The notes under the pieces are model-generated. The model was given only the letters and a program-made list of their open reading frames with translations, searched no databases and was not told the DNA's origin. A stretch of DNA of 64,000 bases from an uncultured Actinomycetota bacterium (GTDB lineage Bacteria > Actinomycetota > Actinomycetes > Streptosporangiales > Streptosporangiaceae): the NCBI GenBank assembly GCA_963714295.1, contig CAVQOE010000031.1, positions 197,251 through 261,250 on the forward strand, read 5' to 3'. The translations under genes were made by a program, and so were the position numbers. Position 1 is the first letter of the stretch; every line of letters starts with the position of its first letter. This document shows, piece after piece, positions 46,276 to 57,150 of this stretch.

Positions 46276-46282
46276 AAAAGAC

Positions 46283-46711
46283 TCATCCCTCCCGAGGCCG
46301 TCGCCAGGCCAGCCCGTCGTACCGGGCGACCGGTTCATCGCCGGCATCCGCCAGCCTGCACAATGTCGTTGCGACGGGGATCTGGATCGGCTCGAGGTAG
46401 AACTCGGGCTGTCCAGCGGCTCCCCGCGCGGTGACCGGCACGTACCCGTCGATCTCCCTGGCCTGCCAGCACAGGAAGTACAACTCGGCCATGTCGGGCT
46501 TAAAGTCGGATCCCTCGTAGCCTAGGCCGAGCGCATAGAAGGCGTCTGCCGGGTTCCGGAAGAGGATGTCGCGCACCCGGTGCACGTACCCCGCGATCAC
46601 CCCGCGCTGGCCGCTCATGTACGGCCCGACCATGCGCGGCGGTATGACCTTCCGCATCGGCGTGCCGGGAAATATCCGCGCAGGCTGCGCCGAGTCGCGT
46701 GCAGAACCCAC
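46283..46711 (-). CDS. Hypothetical protein resembling a domain seen with actinobacterial SseB/toxin-associated proteins
   Basis: GGAAGGAG RBS then GTG; MRKVI...Y..G...IAGYVHR..D...P.D.F.ALGL...GS.F...PEF...ARYD...W pattern. Confidence 0.6.
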   Translation of the reverse strand: MGSARDSAQPARIFPGTPMRKVIPPRMVGPYMSGQRGVIAGYVHRVRDILFRNPADAFYALGLGYEGSDFKPDMAELYFLCWQAREIDGYVPVTARGAAGQPEFYLEPIQIPVATTLCRLADAGDEPVARYDGLAWRRPREG

Positions 46712-46962
46712 GAAGACTGCTCCTTCCCGCTGGCGCCGCTACCTCTGGTCCGCACACTTGAGTCTGATCGCAGGCCCGCGCGTCGCCGCAGGTCATGAGG
46801 TTCTCATATCCGACATGTGTGCTCAACCGATTCTGCCGCGCAGATCGACAGTACCCATGACAAAGTGCAGCTTTCATAGATTTCGTTACATCCGGTGCTT
46901 GCCGGGCCGGCCGTGTCTGGCGGGCGCGCCCCCCGGGCGGAGCCGGCGGTAGGGTCGGGTCT

Positions 46963-47598
46963 GTGCGACCGAGGCCGGCCAGACCCGCCGGTGACGCTGG
47001 CGAAGCGGACCCAGCCGTCACCGGTGTCCTCGCGGCCTACGCGGCCGCACAGGCCACCGAGCACGCGGTGCTCACCGCCGTCGCCGCCAGCAGGCTGCTC
47101 ATCCCCGTCGTCGCGATCATGACCGAGGCCGACGACGACGGCGGCGAGAAGGAGACGGAGATGGCGCTGCCGACCCTGATCGGCAACGACGGCCGCGCCG
47201 CCGTCATCGCGTTCACCAGCGCGGGCACGCTCAGGAGCTGGCGCCAGGACGCCCGCCCGGTCCCGGTCGCGGCGGCGCGGCTGTGGGCGGCCGCGCTCAC
47301 CGAGGCGGACGCGGTCGTGGTGGACATCGCCGGCCCGGTCCCGCTCGTCGTCGAGGGCGCGCGGTTGCGGAAGCTCGCGGCCGGCGAACCACCTCCGCCC
47401 GCGCACGAGGACCCCGACATCCGCGCCGCCATCGCCGAGGTCATCGCCGATTTCACCCTGGAGCCCGGCGGCCCCGAGGCGGACCTGACGATCGCCTTCA
47501 CGGTCACCGACGACGACCGCGCCCGCGCGGTCGTCGACCAGCTGGCGGCCCGGCTGCGCCCGCGCCTGCGCCGCGTCCAGATCCGCACCGCCGTCTAA
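46963..47598 (+). CDS. SseB N-terminal domain protein (start uncertain)
   Basis: [34 protein letters not shown]...L..W...[15 protein letters not shown]. Confidence 0.82.
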   Translation: MRPRPARPAGDAGEADPAVTGVLAAYAAAQATEHAVLTAVAASRLLIPVVAIMTEADDDGGEKETEMALPTLIGNDGRAAVIAFTSAGTLRSWRQDARPVPVAAARLWAAALTEADAVVVDIAGPVPLVVEGARLRKLAAGEPPPPAHEDPDIRAAIAEVIADFTLEPGGPEADLTIAFTVTDDDRARAVVDQLAARLRPRLRRVQIRTAV

Positions 47599-47654
47599 TC
47601 GCGCAGCCCACCGCAGGTCGTTGGCGTAGCCGGCAGGACGGTAGGGTAAACCTC

Positions 47655-48836
47655 ATGTTTCGGTGGCTGACGGCGGGTGAGTCGCATGGGCGCGCGCTCG
47701 CGGCGATCTGTGACGGCGTGCCCGCGGGGGTGCGGGTCACCAGCGACGACGTGGCCGGGGCGCTCGCGCGCCGGCGGGCCGGGTACGGGCGCGGCGCGCG
47801 GATGAAGTTCGAGCAGGATGAGGTGGAGCTCACCGGCGGCGTGCGGCACGGCGCCACCCTCGGCGGCCCGGTCGCCATCCGGGTCGGCAACACCGAGTGG
47901 CCCAAGTGGGAGACGGTCATGTCCCCCGACCCGGTGACCGAGCAGGAGCTGGCCAGCCAGGCGCGCAACGCGCCGCTGACCAGGCCGCGGCCCGGGCACG
48001 CCGACCTGGCGGGCATGCAGAAGTTCGGGCACGCCGACGCCCGGCCGGTCCTCGAGCGGGCCAGCGCCCGGGAGACGGCCGCGCGGGTCGCGCTCGGCGA
48101 GGTCGCCCGGCGACTGCTGGACCAGGCCCTGGGCGTGAAAATCCTCTCCCATGTGGTGTCCCTGGGCGAGGTCGCGGTGCCGGAAGGCACCCCGGTGCCG
48201 GAGCCGGCCGACCTGGCCCGCATCGACGAGGACCTGGTGCGCTGCGCCGACCCGGCGACCAGCGCGCGGATGGTGGCCGAGGTGGACGCGGCCCGCAGGG
48301 ACGGCGACACCCTCGGCGGCGTGGTCGAGGTCGTGGTGTACGGGCTGCCGCCCGGCCTCGGCAGCTTCACCCAGTGGGACAGGAAGCTCGACGCGCGGCT
48401 GGGCGGCGCGCTCTTCTCGATCCAGGCGATCAAGGCCGTGGAGGTGGGTGACGGGTTGACTACCGCCACCCGGCGCGGGTCGAGTGCGCACGACGAGATC
48501 TACCTGGGCCCCGACGGGGTCCGCAGGCGCACCAACCGGGCCGGCGGGATCGAGGGCGGCATGTCCACCGGCGAGGTGCTCCGGGTACGGGCCGCGATGA
48601 AGCCGATCTCGACCGTGCCGCGCGCGCTGGAGACGATCGACGTGGCCACCGGCGAGACCGCGAAGGCGATCAACCAGCGCAGCGACGTCACCGCGGTGCC
48701 CGCCGCCGGGGTGGTCGCCGAGGCGATGGTCGCGCTGGTCCTGGCCGAGGCGGCGACGGAGAAGTTCGGGGGGGACACGGTGGAAGAGCTGCGCAGGAAC
48801 GCCGAGGGCTACCTGAAGTCGCTGGTGATCTCTTGA
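47655..48836 (+). CDS. aroC: Chorismate synthase
   Basis: [43 protein letters not shown]. Confidence 0.97.
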   Translation: MFRWLTAGESHGRALAAICDGVPAGVRVTSDDVAGALARRRAGYGRGARMKFEQDEVELTGGVRHGATLGGPVAIRVGNTEWPKWETVMSPDPVTEQELASQARNAPLTRPRPGHADLAGMQKFGHADARPVLERASARETAARVALGEVARRLLDQALGVKILSHVVSLGEVAVPEGTPVPEPADLARIDEDLVRCADPATSARMVAEVDAARRDGDTLGGVVEVVVYGLPPGLGSFTQWDRKLDARLGGALFSIQAIKAVEVGDGLTTATRRGSSAHDEIYLGPDGVRRRTNRAGGIEGGMSTGEVLRVRAAMKPISTVPRALETIDVATGETAKAINQRSDVTAVPAAGVVAEAMVALVLAEAATEKFGGDTVEELRRNAEGYLKSLVIS

Positions 48837-49384
48837 CCGTCGCCGATCCCCAACCCGAACCCGCACCCGACCTGACCGTGGCGGTGGTGCTGGTCGGGCC
48901 GCCGACGGCGGGCAAGTCGAGCATCGGCGCGCTGCTCGCCCGCCGGCTCGGGCTCCCGTTCGCGGACACCGACGCGCTCGTCGCCAGGGCGGCGCACAAG
49001 CCGGTCGGCGACGTCTTCGTCGACGACGGCGAGCAGGTCTTCCGCGAGTACGAGCGGGGCGCGGTCGCCCGCGGGCTTGAGTCGTTCGGCCCCGGCGGCG
49101 GCGTGCTCGCGCTGGGCAGCGGCGCGGTGCTCGACCCGGACGTGCGCCGGATGCTGGCGGGCAAGGTGATCGTCTACCTGGAGGCCGGCTTCGCCACCGT
49201 GGCCAAGCGCACCGGCATGGACCGGCCGCGGGTGGTCATCCCCGGCAACCCGCGCGGCATGCTCCGCGCCATGCTGGAGGAGCGCCGCCCGGTCTACGCC
49301 GAGCTCGCGTCGATCACCGTCGCGACCGATGACATGGCCCCGGAAGAAGTGGCCTTCGATCTGGCCAAGCGGCTGCGCGGATGA
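48833..49384 (+). CDS. aroK: Shikimate kinase
   Basis: [10 protein letters not shown]-loop, [13 protein letters not shown]; position in aro operon. Confidence 0.9.
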   Translation: MTVADPQPEPAPDLTVAVVLVGPPTAGKSSIGALLARRLGLPFADTDALVARAAHKPVGDVFVDDGEQVFREYERGAVARGLESFGPGGGVLALGSGAVLDPDVRRMLAGKVIVYLEAGFATVAKRTGMDRPRVVIPGNPRGMLRAMLEERRPVYAELASITVATDDMAPEEVAFDLAKRLRG

Positions 49385-50457
49385 CCGAGACCCGCATCCG
49401 CGTGGGCGGCGAGCAGCCCTACGACGTCGTCATCGGCACCGGGGTGCTTGGCGCGCTGCCCGGACTGGTGGGCAAGCGGGCCCAGACGGTCGCCGTCATC
49501 CACGACGAGCGCCTCGGCGCGGTCGCCCGGCCCGCCTGCCGCGCCCTGGCCGACGCCGGATTCACCGTGGTGGTGACGGAGGTCCCGGGCGGCGAGGCGG
49601 CCAAGGACGTCAGCGTCCTCGCCGGGCTCTGGTCCTGGCTGGCCGCGTCCCGGGTGACCAGGTCCGACTGCGTGGTCGGGATCGGCGGCGGTGCCACCAC
49701 CGACCTGGCCGGGTTCGCCGCGGCCAGCTGGCTGCGGGGCGTGCCGGTGGTGCTGATGCCGACGACGCTGCTGGGCATGGTGGACGCGGCGGTCGGCGGC
49801 AAGACCGCGATCGACATCCCCGAGGGCAAGAACCTGGTCGGGGCGTTCCACCCGCCCGCGGGGGTGCTCGCCGACCTGGCCACCCTCGAGACCCTGCCGC
49901 GGCCGGACTACGTGGCCGGCCTGGCCGAGGTCATCAAGGCGGGCTTCATCGCCGACCAGGAGATCCTGCGCCTGGTCAACGCCGACCCCGAGGGGGCCGG
50001 AGCGCCGCACGGGCCGCACACCCGCGAGCTGGTCGAGCGGGCGATCGCGATCAAGGCCCGGGTGGTCGCGGCCGACCTGCGCGAGTCCGGGCCGCGGGAG
50101 ATGCTCAACTACGGGCACACCCTCGGCCACGCGATCGAGAAGCTCGAGCGCTACACCTTCAGGCACGGCGACGCGGTCGCGGTCGGCATGGTGTTCGCGG
50201 CCGAGGTGGGGCGGCTGGCGGGGTACCTGAGCGAGGCCGACGTCGCGCTCCACAGGCGGGTGCTCACGCAGGTCGGCCTGCCGGTCGCCTACCCGCGCGC
50301 GGCCTGGCCGGAACTGCGCGCGACGATGTCGCTGGACAAGAAGACGCGCGGCGCGCGGCTGCGGATGGTAATCCTGGACGGCGTGGGCTCGCCGATCATC
50401 TACGACAACCCGCCGGAGGACCTGCTGGCGCAGGCCTACCAGGCGATGGCGGCATGA
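49381..50457 (+). CDS. aroB: 3-dehydroquinate synthase
   Basis: GGGATTDLAGF, PTTLLGMVDAAVGGKT, LNYGHTLGHAIE, HGDAVAVGM. Confidence 0.97.
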   Translation: MTETRIRVGGEQPYDVVIGTGVLGALPGLVGKRAQTVAVIHDERLGAVARPACRALADAGFTVVVTEVPGGEAAKDVSVLAGLWSWLAASRVTRSDCVVGIGGGATTDLAGFAAASWLRGVPVVLMPTTLLGMVDAAVGGKTAIDIPEGKNLVGAFHPPAGVLADLATLETLPRPDYVAGLAEVIKAGFIADQEILRLVNADPEGAGAPHGPHTRELVERAIAIKARVVAADLRESGPREMLNYGHTLGHAIEKLERYTFRHGDAVAVGMVFAAEVGRLAGYLSEADVALHRRVLTQVGLPVAYPRAAWPELRATMSLDKKTRGARLRMVILDGVGSPIIYDNPPEDLLAQAYQAMAA

Positions 50458-50943
50458 CCGCCGAGGCCGGCCTGGCCGGCGACCCGGGGCCGGGGCAGGC
50501 CCCGGCGACCGCGCCGGGTGCTGGTGCTCAACGGACCCAACCTCGGCCGCCTGGGCAAGCGCGAGCCCGCCATCTACGGCAGCGCCAGCCACGCCGACCT
50601 GTCCGACCTGTGCGTCGCGGCCGGCCAGCAGCTCGGCCTCGACGTCGAGGTCAGGCAGACCGAGTACGAGGGCGAGCTCGTCACCTGGGTGCACCAGGCC
50701 TGCGATGACCAGACCCCGGTGGTACTCAACGCCGGCGCGCTCACCCACTACTCCTACGCGCTGCTTGACGCGGTCAAGATGCGCACCGCCCCCGTGGTCG
50801 AGGTGCACATCTCCAACATCGCCGCCCGCGAGGGCTTCCGCCACGAGTCGGTGCTGACCGGCGCCGCGACCGGGATCATCGCCGGCTTCGGCTTCGGCTC
50901 CTACCTGCTGGCCCTGCACGCGATCGCGTCCGGCATCAGCTGA
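50454..50943 (+). CDS. aroQ: Type II 3-dehydroquinate dehydratase (start 50454 or 50518)
   Basis: LNGPNLGRLGKREP.IYG, NAGALTHYS, EVHISN...RE.FRH.S. Confidence 0.95.
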
Positions 50944-52273
50944 AGCGGGCCGGCTGGCCGGTCGCCTCGAGCACCGACATCCACAGGTCGCCGTTGGGGT
51001 CGACCTGGTTGCGGCTGCCGGTCGCGACCGGGATCGGGATGTGCACGAACCTCCCGTGCCAGCGTCCCACCACCATCGCGGTGCGCCCGCTCATCGCCGC
51101 GTGCACCGCCGCCTGCGCCAGCCGCAGGCAGTAGACGGCGTCCCAGCCGTTGGCGGGCACGCTGCGGATCGCGTACCCGGGGTCGACGTAGCGCAGGCTC
51201 AGCTCGTCCCCGCCCGACGCGAAGCCGTCCGCGATCTTCTGCCGCAGCAGGGCGCCGACGTCGGCCAGCCGCGCGTTGCCGGACGCGTCGACCGCCCCGT
51301 CGTAGTCGAACAGCTCCTGGCCCGCTCCCTCGGCCGCCACCACCACGGCGTGGCCCTGCCGCCGTACCCGCTCCCGCAGCCGGGCGATGAACCCGCCGGG
51401 CCCGTCGAAGCTGAACGGCACCTCGGGGATCAGCACGAAGTCCACGTCATGGCTGGCGAGCGCGGCGTAGCAGGCGATGAAGCCCGAGTGCCTGCCCATC
51501 AGCTTGACCAGGCCGACCCCGTTCGGGGTGGAGCTCGCCTCGGTGTGGGCGGACTTGATCGACTCGGTGGCCCGGGCGAACGCGGTCTGGAAGCCGAAGC
51601 TCTGGTCGAGGAAGGGGATGTCGTTGTCGATCGTCTTGGGCACGCCGATGACCGACAGCGCCAGCCCGCGCCTGCCCGCCTCGTCGGCGATCTTGGCCGC
51701 GCCCCGCAGGGTGCCGTCCCCGCCGATCACGAACAGCAGCGAGACGCCGAGCCGCTCCAGGGTCTCCGCCATCAGGGCCGGGTCCTGGCCGCCGCGCGAC
51801 GTGCCGAGGATGGTGCCGCCCCGGTTGTGGATGCCCGCGACCACCTCCCGGCTCAGCCGGACCGGCTCGGCGCCGCCGACCATGCCGCGGAAGCCGTCAC
51901 GGAAGCCGACCACGTCGGTGACGCCGTAGTTGTCGGCCAGTTCGAGGACCAGGCCGCGGATCACGTTGTTCAGCCCGGGGCACAGGCCGCCGCAGGTCAC
52001 GATGGCGGCCCGGGTAACCGACGGGTCGAAGTAGATGTACTCGCGGGGGCCGCCAGGCTCCAGCGACGGCAGCTCGGAGACGCCGCACAGCCGCGCCTCG
52101 GCCGTGCCGAGGGTGTCGTCGAGCAGCACCCGGTCCGACTCGTGCACGTAGTGCGGCGAGCTCACCCGGCCCTGCACGAGCGCGGCCATCGGCGAAACGA
52201 CGGTCGGCTCGCCCAGGCGCCGGACCCGTAGGTCGGCAGGTGTGATGGACAGCGGATCAGCGGTACTCACCAT
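50936..52273 (-). CDS. ATP-dependent 6-phosphofructokinase
   Basis: TCGGLCPGLNNVIR, GGTILGTSRG, GGDGT, PKTIDND, MGRHSGFIA. Confidence 0.93.
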   Translation of the reverse strand: MVSTADPLSITPADLRVRRLGEPTVVSPMAALVQGRVSSPHYVHESDRVLLDDTLGTAEARLCGVSELPSLEPGGPREYIYFDPSVTRAAIVTCGGLCPGLNNVIRGLVLELADNYGVTDVVGFRDGFRGMVGGAEPVRLSREVVAGIHNRGGTILGTSRGGQDPALMAETLERLGVSLLFVIGGDGTLRGAAKIADEAGRRGLALSVIGVPKTIDNDIPFLDQSFGFQTAFARATESIKSAHTEASSTPNGVGLVKLMGRHSGFIACYAALASHDVDFVLIPEVPFSFDGPGGFIARLRERVRRQGHAVVVAAEGAGQELFDYDGAVDASGNARLADVGALLRQKIADGFASGGDELSLRYVDPGYAIRSVPANGWDAVYCLRLAQAAVHAAMSGRTAMVVGRWHGRFVHIPIPVATGSRNQVDPNGDLWMSVLEATGQPARFS

Positions 52274-52456
52274 GTGCACTAGCATGCCGTTCCCGTGTTA
52301 CGCGGAGGGTCTCAGCGGTATTGGTCTAGACCACGGTAACCAAGGTACCCAGTCAGGATGTCCGGAGTGCACCCCGGGGATAGCCAGCGTGCTACGCGCG
52401 GGTTAAATTGGCAGCCGGTCACGGCGGTGGCCGGCACCAGGCAGAAAGGTCATCAG

Positions 52457-53491
52457 ATGCGCGTCGGCATGCTGCTCAACTACGCGGGCGGGTTCAGCGA
52501 GACAGTCACCGAGCTGTCCGACTTCGAGCGGGCGGGCCTGGAGATCGTCTTCGTGCCCGAGGCGTACAGCTATGACGCGGTCAGCCAGCTCGGCTTCATC
52601 GCCGCCCGCACGACGACGCTGGAGATCGCCTCCGGCATCCTCCCGATCTACTCCAGGACCCCGGCGCTGACCGCGATGACCGCGGCCGGCCTCGATTACG
52701 TCTCGGGCGGGCGGTTCACCCTCGGCCTCGGCACCTCGGGCCCGCAGGTGATCGAGGGCTGGCACGGCGTCCCTTACGACGCGCCGGTCGGCCGGACCAG
52801 GGAGCTGGTCGACATCTGCCGGATGGTCTGGCGCCGTGACCGCCTCGACTACCAGGGCAAGCACTACACCCTCCCGATGGCGGGCGGCACCGGCCTGGGC
52901 AAGCCGCTCAAGCTGATCAACCACCCGGTGCGGGAGCGCATCCCGATCGTCATCGCCGCCCTCGGCCCGAAAAACGTGGAGCTCGCGGCCGAGATCGCCG
53001 AGGGCTGGCAGCCCATCTTCTACCTGCCGGAGAAGGCGGGCATCGCCTGGGACGAGCCGCTGGCGGCGGGCCAGGCCAAGCGCGCGCCCGGCCTCGGCCC
53101 GCTCGACGTGATCGCCGCCGCCCCGCTCGCCATCGGCGACGACGTCGCCGGGCTGCGCGAGCTCGCCCGGCCGGGCTTCGCGCTCTACATCGGCGGGATG
53201 GGCGCCCGCGGCCGCAACTTCTACTACGACCTCGCCTGCCGCTTCGGCTACGAACGCGAGGCGAAGCAGATCCAGGACAACTATCTGGAGGGCCGTAAGG
53301 ACGAGGCCGCCGCCCTGGTGCCCGCCGAACTCGTGGAGAAGACCGCGCTGATCGGCCCGCACAGCTACATCGCCGAGCGCCTGGCGGCCTTCCGCGAGTC
53401 CGGCGTCACCACGCTGAACGTCACCCCGCTGGCTGCCACCCACGCGCAGCGCGTGGCCGACATCGAGCAAGTCCGCGCCCTGGCCGGCTAG
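52457..53491 (+). CDS. LLM class F420-dependent oxidoreductase
   Basis: PEAYSYDAVSQLG, RTP, GRFTLGLGTSGPQVIEGWHG, YIGGMGARGRNFY. Confidence 0.92.
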   Translation: MRVGMLLNYAGGFSETVTELSDFERAGLEIVFVPEAYSYDAVSQLGFIAARTTTLEIASGILPIYSRTPALTAMTAAGLDYVSGGRFTLGLGTSGPQVIEGWHGVPYDAPVGRTRELVDICRMVWRRDRLDYQGKHYTLPMAGGTGLGKPLKLINHPVRERIPIVIAALGPKNVELAAEIAEGWQPIFYLPEKAGIAWDEPLAAGQAKRAPGLGPLDVIAAAPLAIGDDVAGLRELARPGFALYIGGMGARGRNFYYDLACRFGYEREAKQIQDNYLEGRKDEAAALVPAELVEKTALIGPHSYIAERLAAFRESGVTTLNVTPLAATHAQRVADIEQVRALAG

Positions 53492-54003
53492 TTCGGCGGC
53501 GGCGCCGGCACGCACGCGGGGGGCTGGCTGGTGGCCAGCACCATCGGACTGAGCCCGATGGCTCCGATGTCGGACGGCCAGATGGCGATCAGCATCGATG
53601 ACCCGCCAGGCATCGCGGCGGGGTGGACCGTCCACGACTCTTGGCCTGATTGGTCCCTGGCGTTCGGGGTGAGAACAGAGTGCTGGATATCCGGCGGTTC
53701 GGCCTGCAGCCCCTGATAGGCGCAATCGTCGTAATACACCGTGTCCGCTCCCTTGACGTAAGAGTCCTCGCGGTGCACCTGGACGAACGCGGCGACTCCG
53801 TCGGCTCGCAGCGCGCGCTGCAGCCCCTGCGGGTCGCTGAACATCTTGCTGGTCGAAAACGTGAACGTGACCGTCCCGGCGGACGTCCGATCGACCGCCC
53901 ACGCCTTCGTAACGAACGTGCCGACCGATTGCCCGATCAGCTCCGCGTCCGTCGCCTCAGCGTCGGTCAGCGGAAGATCGTTGCCGCTGGTGTGCCTCAG
54001 CAT
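53488..54003 (-). CDS. Hypothetical protein (possible sigma/anti-sigma deletion remnant)
   Basis: Open frame with GAGGGAG upstream; lower-GC codon usage; see findings. Confidence 0.45.
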   Translation of the reverse strand: MLRHTSGNDLPLTDAEATDAELIGQSVGTFVTKAWAVDRTSAGTVTFTFSTSKMFSDPQGLQRALRADGVAAFVQVHREDSYVKGADTVYYDDCAYQGLQAEPPDIQHSVLTPNARDQSGQESWTVHPAAMPGGSSMLIAIWPSDIGAIGLSPMVLATSQPPACVPAPPPN

Positions 54004-54106
54004 GGGCAGGATCTCCCTCGATAGTGTTTCCTGCCCTTTACTTATCCGCACCCGCCGCCAGGGTTGCGAAATCCAAGCAAGAACGCGTCCGGGTTAGAGT
54101 CGGGGC

Positions 54107-55192
54107 ATGCCGGAGATACACGCCGCCCGCCGCCGCCGCGCCCAGCAGCTCATCCGGGAAACCGAGGCCGACGCGGCGCTGATCACGGCCGGCCCCAACG
54201 TCCGCTACCTTACCGGCCTGGCCAGCTCCAACGCCGCCCTGCTGCTGCCCGCCGACGGCGACTGGGCGCTGCTGGCGACCGACTCGCGCTACGCCGGGGC
54301 GGCCGAGCGCGACGCCAGCGACCTGGACCTGGTCATCGAGCGGTTCATCGAGGGCAGGCTGGCCACCGAGGCCGCCCGCCGCGGCGTGACGATGCTGGCG
54401 TTCGAGTCGCACGAGATGACCGTCGACCGCCACCGGGAGCTCACCGCACGGCTGGAAGGCGTAGCCACGGAGGCGTTCGGAATGCAGATCGAGGCTCTTC
54501 GGATGGTCAAAGACGCCACCGAACTGGAGAAATTGCGGGTCGCGTGCGAGCTCAGCGACGCGGCGCTGGCGCAGGTGCTGCCCGGGATAAAAGCAGGAGA
54601 TACTGAACGGACGGTGGCCTTCCGCCTGGATGCGCAGATGATCGCCCTCGGGGCCGAGCGCCCGGCGTTTGACACCATCGTCGCCAGCGGGCCGAACGGC
54701 GCGATCCCGCACCACGTCCCCACCGACCGCCCGCTGCGGCCCGGTGACCTGGTGACGATGGACTTCGGCGCGCTCTACCAGGGCTACCACGCGGACATGA
54801 CGCGGACCGTGTCCATCGGCGAGCCGGCCGCCTGGCAGCGGGAGATCCACGACCTGGTGGCGCAGGCGCAGCGGGTCGGCATGGAGGCGCTGGCCGACGG
54901 CGTGGAGGCGGGCGCGGTGGACGCCGCGGCGCGCGAGGTGATCGAGGCGGCCGGGCATTCCGAGCATTTCCAGCACGGACTCGGGCACGGCGTGGGGCTG
55001 GAGATCCACGAGGCCCCGATGCTTGGGTACGGAAGAACGGGTAAGCTGAGCGATCGGGTTCCTGTCACCGTCGAGCCTGGTGTCTACCTGCCCGGACTGG
55101 GCGGCGTCCGGATCGAGGACGTGCTGGTCGTGACGGCGGGCGACCGAGCCCGAATCCTGACTTCGACCACCAGGGAACTGCTGGTCCTGTAA
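54107..55192 (+). CDS. Xaa-Pro peptidase (M24)
   Basis: TDSRY, FDTIVASG, DFGA..GY.ADMTRT, HGLGHGVGLEIHE, TVEPG.Y, GGVRIED. Confidence 0.95.
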   Translation: MPEIHAARRRRAQQLIRETEADAALITAGPNVRYLTGLASSNAALLLPADGDWALLATDSRYAGAAERDASDLDLVIERFIEGRLATEAARRGVTMLAFESHEMTVDRHRELTARLEGVATEAFGMQIEALRMVKDATELEKLRVACELSDAALAQVLPGIKAGDTERTVAFRLDAQMIALGAERPAFDTIVASGPNGAIPHHVPTDRPLRPGDLVTMDFGALYQGYHADMTRTVSIGEPAAWQREIHDLVAQAQRVGMEALADGVEAGAVDAAAREVIEAAGHSEHFQHGLGHGVGLEIHEAPMLGYGRTGKLSDRVPVTVEPGVYLPGLGGVRIEDVLVVTAGDRARILTSTTRELLVL

Positions 55193-55222
55193 TACCAGCT
55201 GTGATTATTTGGGAGACGATCC

Positions 55223-55780
55223 GTGGCAAGCACGAATGATCTGAAGAACGGCATGACGCTTAACCTTGAGGGACAGCTCTGGAATGTCGTTGAATTCCAG
55301 CACGTCAAGCCGGGCAAGGGGCCGGCCTTCGTGCGCACCAAGCTGAAGAACGTGATGTCGGGCAAGGTCGTCGACAAGACGTTCAACGCCGGCATCAAGG
55401 TGGACGTGGCCAACGTCGACAAGCGGGACATGCAGTACCTCTACCGCGAGGGCGACGACTTCGTCTTCATGGACATGAGCGACTACGACCAGCCGCGCAT
55501 CCCGGCCGCGGTGGTCGGCGACGCCGCCGACTACCTGCTCGAGGAGCAGATGGTGACGATCGCGTTCAACGACAACGTCCCGCTGTACGTCGACCTGCCG
55601 GCCGCGGTCGAGCTGGTCATCGCGCAGACCGACCCCGGCCTGCAGGGCGACCGCTCCACCGGCGGCACCAAGCCGGCCACCCTCGAGACCGGCGCGCAGG
55701 TGCAGGTCCCGCTGTTCATCACCACCGGCGCCAAGATCAAGGTCGACACCCGCACCGGCGCCTATCTCGGCCGCGCGTAG
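55223..55780 (+). CDS. efp: Elongation factor P
   Basis: [38 protein letters not shown]. Confidence 0.98.
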   Translation: MASTNDLKNGMTLNLEGQLWNVVEFQHVKPGKGPAFVRTKLKNVMSGKVVDKTFNAGIKVDVANVDKRDMQYLYREGDDFVFMDMSDYDQPRIPAAVVGDAADYLLEEQMVTIAFNDNVPLYVDLPAAVELVIAQTDPGLQGDRSTGGTKPATLETGAQVQVPLFITTGAKIKVDTRTGAYLGRA

Positions 55781-56282
55781 GTGGCCGCTCGCAGCAAGGC
55801 ACGTAAGCGCGCGCTTGACATCCTGTTCGAGTCCGAGCAGCGCGGGCTGCCCACGCTTGAGCTGCTCACCGAGCGCCAGTCGGTCGGTGAGCAGCCGGTT
55901 CCCCCCTACGCCGCGGACCTGGTCCGGGGCGTGGCCGGCCACAGCGAGCGGATCGACGCGCTGATCTCGTGGAACCTGGTGGACTGGACGCTCGAGCGGA
56001 TGCCCGCGGTGGACAGGAACGTGCTCCGGCTGGGTGTCTACGAGCTGCTCTGGGCCGACGACGTGCCCGACGGGGTGGCGATCAGCGAGGCGGTGGCGCT
56101 GGCCGAGGACCTGTCAACCGACGCGTCCCCCAGCTTCGTGAACGGCGTGCTCTCCCGCCTGGCGGTGGAGAAGCCAACGATTGACCTGGACCCCAAGCCG
56201 CTCAGCGATGACGAGGAACTCGACCGGAGCCGACGACCCGAGCTCGGACCGCGGACGACAGCCCGAGCTCAAGCCGCGGTAA
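55781..56282 (+). CDS. nusB: Transcription antitermination factor NusB (run-on ORF; true stop probably TAA 56280-56282)
   Basis: ARSKARKRAL, WTLERMPAVDRNVLR, AISEAV.LA, FVNGVL. Confidence 0.93.
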
Positions 56283-56914
56283 AGCGCAGCCGCAGGCCGA
56301 GGCGGCGGATGACGGCGAAGAACCACAGGGCGCAGACACCCGCGCCGACCACGGTCAGGCCGACGGTGACGACCGTCGAGAGCAGCATGAACAGCTTGAA
56401 CGGCTCGGTGACCATCATGATCGCCATGCCGAACGTCAGCACCAGGAAAAGCCCGGCCCAGAACCAGGTCGCGCCCTGGAAGAACCGGTGCAGCCCCGGG
56501 TGGTCCGTCGCCCGTCTGCTTCAGCGCCACCACCTCGGCCGCCAGCTGCGCCACCAGCGGCTTGGCGGTCGGCGCGGTCCGCGCGAAGACCAGGCACATC
56601 GCCAGGTTGGCCAGCGGGAACTGCAGCTGGAACATCCACAGGTAGCCGGTGCTGACCGCGACCGCGGTCTGGATAGTGAGAATCACCGCCGAGATCATCA
56701 GCAGCGAGGTGACCGAACCGGTGACGATCCAGCGCGCCGCGATCAGCAGCCACACCACCGCGGTGCCCGCCAGCAGCCCCGCGTCCGGGCTGACCAGGTC
56801 GGTGACCGCCACGTAGGTGCCGAAAGGCAGCCCCACTGACTCCGCCATGGACCACGCGGTTGTTCGCAGCAATCGGCGTGGATGGGGGAGGTCGATATGT
56901 TCGGGGGCTGACAT
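56269..56914 (-). CDS. Multi-pass membrane protein (VC0807-like), frameshift near 56510
   Basis: Several hydrophobic helices; a second frame gives LHRFFQGATWFWAGLFLV...RRLGLRLRFTAA stop. Confidence 0.65.
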
Positions 56915-57150
56915 GCGGAAGAGCATACGTGGCAAGGCTGGGTCCCGGCTGGACATTCGATCAGGGTCGCAAATCCGATTTGGGCCGTCCGCTGATTCGG
57001 CTGAAGTTTCTTTCACATTCCTTAATACGACAGCGATGCCAGGCTGGTTCGACGCGACAGTGACAATTTGCGATTTATTGCATACTTAAAGTGAGGAAAC
57101 GCCTGATGCCCTGCGGGGCGGGCCCGCCCCCGGCGCACTACAGTGGTCTT

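Noticed and set aside
55781-56839. 352-aa extended NusB
   Set aside because: The extension is the antisense reading of a convergent membrane-protein gene; a stop exists at 56280 in a neighbouring frame.
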